Positions 58,456 through 64,000 of a stretch of 64,000 nucleotides of DNA are shown here, in pieces; within the stretch, counting starts at the first letter, position 1; every line of letters begins with the position of its first letter. The notes under the pieces are model-generated. The model made no database searches, had not been told where the DNA came from, and worked only from the letters and a program-made list of their open reading frames with translations. The stretch is from Candidatus Omnitrophota bacterium (GTDB lineage Bacteria > Omnitrophota > Gorgyraeia > Duberdicusellales > 4484-171): contig JAAEQW010000297.1 of assembly GCA_024231025.1 (NCBI GenBank), forward strand, positions 14,851 to 78,850, given 5' to 3'. The translations under genes were made by a program, and so were the position numbers.

Positions 58456-58490
58456 GTCTATGGTCTATGGTCTATAGTCTGTAGTCTGTT
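58456..58490 (+). repeat. five tandem heptads GTCTATG GTCTATG GTCTATA GTCTGTA GTCTGTT abutting the GT2 start codon
   Basis: Direct reading of the sequence. Same heptad as the reverse-complement array at 33841-33886. Confidence 0.65.
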
Positions 58491-59153
58491 ATGAAAGTTT
58501 GGATTATAATTCCTGCCTACAATGAAGCTGATTCTCTAGGTGTATTACTTAATAGTTTAAATAAAAAAGGTTTTAGCGTCTTAGTTGTTGATGATGGGTC
58601 ATTCGATAAGACTTATCAAACTGCAAAAAAATATGCAACGGTTGTGCTTCGTAATAAAAGAAATTTTGGAAAAGGATTGTCAATAAAAACTGCAGTAGAA
58701 TATCTTTTAAAAAATGAAAAATTTGATTATATAATTACCATGGATGCTGATGGCCAGCATTCACCGGATGATGTTGATAATTTTATTGCTCAGGCATCTA
58801 AAGGAGAGGCGTGCGTTGTTGGCAACCGTATGGATAATCCGATTGGTATGCCTGGCTTAAGAATTACTACCAACAAGGTGATGTCAAAAATTGTTTCTAG
58901 GATTGCTCGTCAAAGTATTCCTGATACCCAGTGTGGGTTTCGTCTTATTAAAAGAGAAATTTTAGAAGCTATAAAACTTCGAACGCGTAAGTTTGAGATA
59001 GAATCAGAAATTTTAATCAAGGCATCTCGTGCGGGTTACCCAATTAAGAGCATTCCAATTAAGAGTATATATTTTAAAAATCAACATAGTAAAATTAATC
59101 CATTCACCGATACAATTAGGTTTTTTGGATTTATATCTCGCTTAAAAAAATAA
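58491..59153 (+). CDS. family 2 glycosyltransferase (Dpm1/ArnC/GtrB-like polyprenyl-phosphate sugar transferase)
   Basis: IIPAYNE, VVDDGS, MDADGQH (DxD) motifs. No SD upstream. Confidence 0.75.
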   Translation: MKVWIIIPAYNEADSLGVLLNSLNKKGFSVLVVDDGSFDKTYQTAKKYATVVLRNKRNFGKGLSIKTAVEYLLKNEKFDYIITMDADGQHSPDDVDNFIAQASKGEACVVGNRMDNPIGMPGLRITTNKVMSKIVSRIARQSIPDTQCGFRLIKREILEAIKLRTRKFEIESEILIKASRAGYPIKSIPIKSIYFKNQHSKINPFTDTIRFFGFISRLKK

Positions 59154-59162
59154 AAGGTATTT

Positions 59163-59804
59163 ATGGATTTGGACAAGATGAAAAACAACATGGTTTATAA
59201 GCAGATTTTTAAGCGAGGAATTGATGATCAAAGAATATTAGATGCCTTTACAGACGTTAATCGACACTTGTTTGTGCCAAAGGGTGATTGGGAGGTTGCT
59301 TATGAGGATTATCCAATTACAATTGGCGATGGTCAGACCATTTCTCAGCCATTTATGGTGGCGTTTATGATAAAGACATTAGAAGTTGAGCCAGGTATGA
59401 AAATTCTTGAAATCGGAACTGGAAGCGGGTATCAATCTGCGATTCTTGCAACTCTCGGTGCGGATGTTTATACGGTTGAAATTGTTCATTCTTTGGCGAA
59501 GAAAGCTCTGGAGACATTAAATTCTTTAGGTTATAGAGTACACAGCAAGGTTGGAGATGGTGGTTTAGGTTGGCTTCAGCATGCCCCATTTGACAGAATA
59601 ATTGTTTCGGCTGGTACTCCTCAGATAACGGATTATTGGAAACAGCAACTTAAAGTTGGCGGGATGATGGTGGTTCCTGTTGGTGGATTTTTGCATCAAT
59701 ATTTAGTTGTTTTATCGAAGGAGTCAGAATACGATTTTAAAGAAAAAGAACTTTGCCAATGCGTATTTGTACCACTAAGAGGAGAGCATGGACATCAGGA
59801 GTAA
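59163..59804 (+). CDS. pcm: protein-L-isoaspartate O-methyltransferase
   Basis: ILEIGTGSGYQSAILA SAM motif, TISQPFMVA. Confidence 0.85.
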   Translation: MDLDKMKNNMVYKQIFKRGIDDQRILDAFTDVNRHLFVPKGDWEVAYEDYPITIGDGQTISQPFMVAFMIKTLEVEPGMKILEIGTGSGYQSAILATLGADVYTVEIVHSLAKKALETLNSLGYRVHSKVGDGGLGWLQHAPFDRIIVSAGTPQITDYWKQQLKVGGMMVVPVGGFLHQYLVVLSKESEYDFKEKELCQCVFVPLRGEHGHQE

Positions 59805-60246
59805 ATGGTTAATTCTTTTGATTGCTGCCTCACCATTGGTGGAGTTGCGTGGTGCTATTCCTATCGGAATTGCTAAAGGTTTTAATGTTTGGCAGGTGTT
59901 TGGCTTGGCTTTGCTTGGCAATACACTACCAATATTACCATTATTGTTTTTTTTGAAATGGGCCCAAAAGAAGCTTGAAGCCGTAAAAGGTATTGGAAAA
60001 ATATTACGTTGGTGGTTTGATCGAGTAGAGCGTAAGTCAAAAGTTGTTGAAAAATATGGGTTTTGGGGGCTTGTGCTGTTTGTTTCAATACCATTGCCGG
60101 GTACGGGGGTGTGGTCGGGAAGTGTGGCGGCAACTTTACTTGAATTTAAAACCGCCAAAGCATTTTTTGCGATATTTATTGGAATGGCTATTGCCGCTTG
60201 CTTGGTTACTCTTGCAAGTTTAGGAGTGTTTTCTTTTATTGTATAA
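59788..60246 (+). CDS. small membrane protein (COG2426 / putative small multidrug export family)
   Basis: 152 aa, 4 TM, PLVELRGAIPIG motif. Confidence 0.5.
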   Translation: MDIRSKWLILLIAASPLVELRGAIPIGIAKGFNVWQVFGLALLGNTLPILPLLFFLKWAQKKLEAVKGIGKILRWWFDRVERKSKVVEKYGFWGLVLFVSIPLPGTGVWSGSVAATLLEFKTAKAFFAIFIGMAIAACLVTLASLGVFSFIV

Positions 60247-60375
60247 TAACCAATAACCAAGAAACAAGATGCAAATAATGACCAATAATCAATATTCAAT
60301 AATTAAACAATTTGTTGATTGGAATTTGGTGATTGGTTATTTTTTGGTTATTGTAACTTGTATCTTGATTATTTT
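60246..60375 (+). repeat. 'ataaccaa' intergenic repeat element, copy 2
   Basis: ccaataaccaagaaacaagatgcaaataatgaccaataatcaat...ttggttattgtaacttgtatcttgatt, homologous to 12194-12345. Confidence 0.6.
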
Positions 60376-60393
60376 TGGAAGGATAAATTAAGC

Positions 60394-60912
60394 ATGGTTC
60401 ACTTTTACATAGGCGATGGTAAGGGCAAAACTACTGCTAGTTTGGGGCTTGCCATTAGGGCGCATGGATGTGGCAAAAGGGTATATGTGGCCCAATTTCT
60501 AAAAGATAGTAGTTTTGTTTGCGGTGAAGCTAACGCCTTGAAAAGTTTGGGGGTTAAAATCGATCGGTTTGATGGGCAAAAGCACCCAATGTTTAGCAAG
60601 AATATCAAAGAAGATCACGAAAAAACCGAGCGCTCAATCGATGAAAGCTTAGATAAAATAGATAAAATTATTGCCGGCGGTGATTTTGATCTTATAATTC
60701 TTGATGAAATTCTAAATGCTTTAGCCGTAGGATTTATTAGTGTTAAAAGATTGGGAAGTTTTATCGACAATTCAAATGGTATAGAATTAATTTTTACCGG
60801 ATGCGATGCTCCCGCGGAATTAATAAAAAAAGCTGATTATGTTTCTTTCGTAACAAAAATAAAACACCCTTTCGATTTAAATGTTGCTGCCAGAAAAGGT
60901 GTGGAATTCTGA
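60394..60912 (+). CDS. cobO: cob(I)yrinic acid a,c-diamide adenosyltransferase (CobA/CobO/BtuR)
   Basis: VHFYIGDGKGKTTASLGLAIRA P-loop typical of BtuR/CobO. Internal ATG with SD GGAAGG was chosen over the ORF-track start. Confidence 0.8.
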   Translation: MVHFYIGDGKGKTTASLGLAIRAHGCGKRVYVAQFLKDSSFVCGEANALKSLGVKIDRFDGQKHPMFSKNIKEDHEKTERSIDESLDKIDKIIAGGDFDLIILDEILNALAVGFISVKRLGSFIDNSNGIELIFTGCDAPAELIKKADYVSFVTKIKHPFDLNVAARKGVEF

Positions 60913-60989
60913 TCGCGATGACAACGAAAATAATTTGACAATGCAGAGCCGTAGATCTACAATAAATCAGTTCTTTAAATATTAAATAT

Positions 60990-61140
60990 TTTTTCGATGC
61001 TACAGTAGCTTAATAGGGAATCCTGTGATCCGCCTTTGGTGGAAAGTCAGGAGCTCTCCCGGAGCTGTAACCTTTTTCTGCAATGCAGAAAACCTTTGGT
61101 AATTTCGTGCCACTGTCTTATTGAGATGGGAAGGCGATCA
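60990..61140 (+). promoter_or_regulatory. cobalamin (B12) riboswitch aptamer
   Basis: aatagggaatcctgtga, ctcccggagctgtaacc, B12-box gtgccactg, and gggaaggc are conserved cobalamin-riboswitch elements in the canonical order. Followed by btuB. Confidence 0.6.
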
Positions 61141-61280
61141 AGGGGATAAAGGAAGCCAGAATACCTGTCGAAAAATTGGTTTCTGCGCCAATAATAGTTT
61201 ATTGATGCAGTCCCGTTCTAGCGGGAAGACTATCGAGGAATGAAGTCTAAACTTTTGTGGGACCAAGTAAGTAAGGGTGC

Positions 61281-61318
61281 ATCCCGCGTTGAGTGAAAGC
61301 TCGACGCGGGATTTTTTA
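61281..61318 (+). terminator. Rho-independent terminator of the riboswitch expression platform
   Basis: atcccgcgttgag-tgaaag-ctcgacgcgggat followed by tttttt. A second strong hairpin tcccgaac-gaag-ttcggga lies at 61329-61348. Confidence 0.55.
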
Positions 61319-61450
61319 ATGAGACTTTCCCGAACGAAGTTCGGGACTAGTCGAATGAATCCTGAGCGAGCGAAAGCGCAGCGTAGGGTTTTTTGTTATC
61401 ACTTATGTTTATTCCTCCATAAGAATAACAGCAAGAATAGGAGGTTTGAT

Positions 61451-63508
61451 ATGTTACGAAAAGTTTTCGGAATCTGTTTTTGGTTTGTAGTTTTGGGTCT
61501 GCTTGCCCTGAGCGGAGTCGAAGGGTTGTCTGCTGAGGCTTTCGCTGCAGATGGGGTAAGTCTAGGTGAAATAGTGGTTACTCCATTAAGAAGTGAGAGT
61601 TCAATTGGAAAAACCGCCGCTTCTATAGAAATTATAGATCGACAAGCAATCGAAGAGTCACAGGAAAGTACAATTGCCGGATTGTTGCGCAACAGCGCAG
61701 GTGTGGTTGTTCGTGACTATTATGGTACTGGCACAAGAGTTGCAGTAGATTTGCGAGGTTTTGGTGAGTTTGCCTCTCAAAATACATTAGTTTTAATTGA
61801 TGGACGCAGGATTAATGAGATTGACCTAACGGGTGTTGATTGGGCTCAGATTCCTCTTGAAAGGGTTCAGCGGATTGAGGTTTTGCGTGGATCAGGTAGT
61901 GTTGCCTATGGTGATAATGCCACAGGGGGTGTTGTTAATATTATCACAAAAAAAGGTAAGCAAAATTTATCAGGTAAAATTGCTGTATCCGGAGGATCCT
62001 GCAATATGCATAAAACAAATATTTCTGTTTCGATGATGGAGAGTAATTTAGGGTACAGTTTAGACTCAGCATATGTTACTACTGATGGTTATCGTGATAA
62101 TAGTGATTATCGGGCTTTTGATTTTGGCGGTGATGTTAATTACAATTTAGCTGATACAACAAAAATAGATTTATCAATGCATTACCATGAGGCAGATCTG
62201 GGTCTTAGTGGAGCAATAAGGGAAAGCCAGTTTGCTGCTAATACAAGACGGGATAGCCTGTTTAATGATGATAAGATTGGTGAGAAAAACTGGTATGCTA
62301 ATCTTGACCTTTCTAATGATTTCGATGGTGCAGGCGTATTGCACTTGAGTGCATCGTTTCGCAGGCGCAGAGTAACTAATAATTTGTTAAGTAGTCTTAC
62401 TTACGATGGCAGAAGAATTGACACTTTAAGTATGCGACCTAAGTACACTTTGGATAGTGAATTTTTCGGAAAAAACAACAGCATCGTTGTTGGTGCAGAT
62501 TACTATAAATCAGATACGATAATTGATGCTTATTCTCATGCAGGGTGGCCAACTTTTTATTCGGGTGCAAAGACCAGAGAAACTGATATTGACAAGGAGT
62601 CTGTAGGTTATTACGTTATTGACAAAATTGATCTTTTTGAAGATCTATTAGTTACTGTGGGTTATCGTTGGGAAAAAGCAAAGTATGAGTTTGATTCTGC
62701 TCCAAAAACGGGTATTTGGACAGCCGACCCCTTTTTTAATGCAACTGTAGTTAATCAGGATGCTGCAACGCTTAATCGAGCTGTGAATGCGGGGATAGTT
62801 TATAATGTTGGCGATATCTGTCGGCTATCGTTTAATTATGAAAAGGGTTTTAGGACTCCAGCTACCGATGAGTATTATAGTGTTTGGTCGACACCGCCAG
62901 TTAATATAAGTCTTAAGACACAGAAAAATTATACTTATCAGTTAGGGGTAAACTTTAATTCTTGGGAAAGTGCGTCAGTGTCTTTTAGCTGGTTCTTTAT
63001 GAACTTAAAGAACGAACTCTACTACAATCCGGCCACCTTTTCTAATGAGAACTACTCAAAAACCAGAAGGACCGCAGCGGAGCTTTCTCTTTTGTGGGAT
63101 CTTAATGATAGGCTATCTACCAATTTTAGTTATACGCACACACAGGCACGCTTTAAAGATGGTACCTACAATGGCAATCAAGTACCTTTAGTACCAACGC
63201 ATAAGATATCTCTTGGAATTAATTCTGACATTACTGATCAAATTATGCTATCGGCTACAACTAACTTTGTTGGAGAAAGGTATTTTATTAATGATCAGGC
63301 GCATAGTTATCCCCGGCTTGACAGTTACGTTACTGTTGATGCAAAGCTTTCCTATCAATTAGATAAGATGAATATCTTTTTTGGAGCAAATAATCTGTTT
63401 AATGAGCAATATTGTGAGTATGGAGCGATTTCTACTGTTTATGGTGAGCGAGGATATTACCCTAGTCCCGAACGTAATTTTAACGCCGGGATAAGTTTGG
63501 AGTTTTAA
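61451..63508 (+). CDS. btuB: TonB-dependent outer-membrane receptor, BtuB-like cobalamin transporter
   Basis: Signal peptide, TonB box GEIVVT, plug and beta-barrel, C-terminal ...GISLEF. Start at the ATG after SD AGGAGG; the upstream ORF extension covers the riboswitch terminator. Confidence 0.8.
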   Translation: MLRKVFGICFWFVVLGLLALSGVEGLSAEAFAADGVSLGEIVVTPLRSESSIGKTAASIEIIDRQAIEESQESTIAGLLRNSAGVVVRDYYGTGTRVAVDLRGFGEFASQNTLVLIDGRRINEIDLTGVDWAQIPLERVQRIEVLRGSGSVAYGDNATGGVVNIITKKGKQNLSGKIAVSGGSCNMHKTNISVSMMESNLGYSLDSAYVTTDGYRDNSDYRAFDFGGDVNYNLADTTKIDLSMHYHEADLGLSGAIRESQFAANTRRDSLFNDDKIGEKNWYANLDLSNDFDGAGVLHLSASFRRRRVTNNLLSSLTYDGRRIDTLSMRPKYTLDSEFFGKNNSIVVGADYYKSDTIIDAYSHAGWPTFYSGAKTRETDIDKESVGYYVIDKIDLFEDLLVTVGYRWEKAKYEFDSAPKTGIWTADPFFNATVVNQDAATLNRAVNAGIVYNVGDICRLSFNYEKGFRTPATDEYYSVWSTPPVNISLKTQKNYTYQLGVNFNSWESASVSFSWFFMNLKNELYYNPATFSNENYSKTRRTAAELSLLWDLNDRLSTNFSYTHTQARFKDGTYNGNQVPLVPTHKISLGINSDITDQIMLSATTNFVGERYFINDQAHSYPRLDSYVTVDAKLSYQLDKMNIFFGANNLFNEQYCEYGAISTVYGERGYYPSPERNFNAGISLEF

Positions 63509-63513
63509 GTTTG

Positions 63514-64000
63514 ATGAAAAAAATACTATTATTTTTAATTGCGTTGGGTCTTGCAATGGGAGTTTCAGCCAAGAAAATTGTATCGCTCGGTCCGTTCATC
63601 ACTGAAAGTATTTATGATTTAGGCGCAGAGGAGCAGCTGATTGCCAATACCATCTATTGCAATCGCCCAGATCAAGCCAAGGATAAAGATAAAATAGGAA
63701 CAATGCTTGCGATCAATATTGAAAAAATTGTCTCACTTTCCCCAAGTGTTATTATTGCAACTTCTCTAACTCCAAATACTACAATTACCAGATTAAAAAA
63801 CCTTGGTTTTTCAGTTGTGCAGCTTCCCGAGGCAAAAAGTTTTAACGAATTATGTCAGCAATTCATTCAAGTTGGTGGAATTGTCGGTAAAAAGAGAGAA
63901 GCTGTAAGGATCATTGAAAAAGTGCAAAAACAAGTTGGTCAATTAAAAAAACAAATAACAAATAAGAGTCCTTTGGTTTTCGTTCAAATTGGCATTCGGC
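63514..64000 (+). CDS. btuF: periplasmic cobalamin/siderophore-type ABC substrate-binding protein (BtuF-like), 3'-truncated by window end
   Basis: Signal peptide, KIVSLGPFITESIYDLGAEEQLIA (Peripla_BP_2 type). Confidence 0.65.
   Translation, partial: MKKILLFLIALGLAMGVSAKKIVSLGPFITESIYDLGAEEQLIANTIYCNRPDQAKDKDKIGTMLAINIEKIVSLSPSVIIATSLTPNTTITRLKNLGFSVVQLPEAKSFNELCQQFIQVGGIVGKKREAVRIIEKVQKQVGQLKKQITNKSPLVFVQIGIR

Noticed and set aside
59775-60299. 174-aa minus-strand ORF, and all other minus-strand ORFs in the track (e.g. 20075-20476, 20798-21184, 3312-3584)
   Set aside because: Each lies entirely within a well-supported + strand gene with clear homology. They have no SD or domain signatures and are typical antisense ORFs.
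61277-61450. N-terminal extension of the TonB-dependent receptor ORF (MHPALSESSTRDFLMRL...)
   Set aside because: The extension runs through the riboswitch terminator hairpins and has no signal peptide. A strong SD AGGAGG precedes the internal ATG at 61451, after which a signal peptide begins.

Overview
The window is AT-rich (high-30s % GC by eye) and bacterial, with about 68 protein genes, all on the + strand; no minus-strand ORF survives inspection, since every one sits inside a + strand gene. Most of the content is core metabolism and cell envelope, in this order: purine synthesis (purQ/L-purM-purD-purE); a tsaC (t6A) - arginine-phosphatase fusion, rpiB, glyA; dCMP deaminase, nrdR; a DUF151 nuclease, cca; recG, rsmD, coaD, yceD-rpmF-plsX-fabD-fabG-acpP-fabF (no fabH); leuCDB-type aconitase-family genes, rlpA, asd, truA, xerD, rbfA-nrnA-truB-ribF; and an almost complete dcw cluster (mraZ-rsmH-ftsL-ftsI-murE-murF-mraY-murD-ftsW-murG-[peptidase]-murC-murB-ddl-ftsQ-ftsA). 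There is no ftsZ after ftsA. In its place sits a c-di-GMP-type signalling cluster: two paralogous N-domain proteins (one with HD-GYP), a CheY-like receiver and a GAF-HD-GYP protein. Downstream are a glycolipid-type cluster (MGDG-synthase-like GT28, LpxL-family acyltransferase, GT2), pcm, cobO, and a cobalamin riboswitch in front of btuB and btuF. A TonB-dependent receptor and an lpxL-like gene imply a diderm organism. The one clear accessory island is a tripartite hipB-hipS-hipT (split-HipA kinase) toxin-antitoxin operon with three palindromic operators, followed by a Macro-Nudix fusion gene. The other striking feature is a set of short intergenic repeat families that occupy nearly all the larger spacers: a MITE-like inverted-repeat element present in both orientations (two copies 42/43 identical), an 'ataaccaa' element with a GC-rich hairpin, 'taagt' palindromic spacers, and GTCTATG heptad arrays. 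No tRNA, rRNA or CRISPR array was found.
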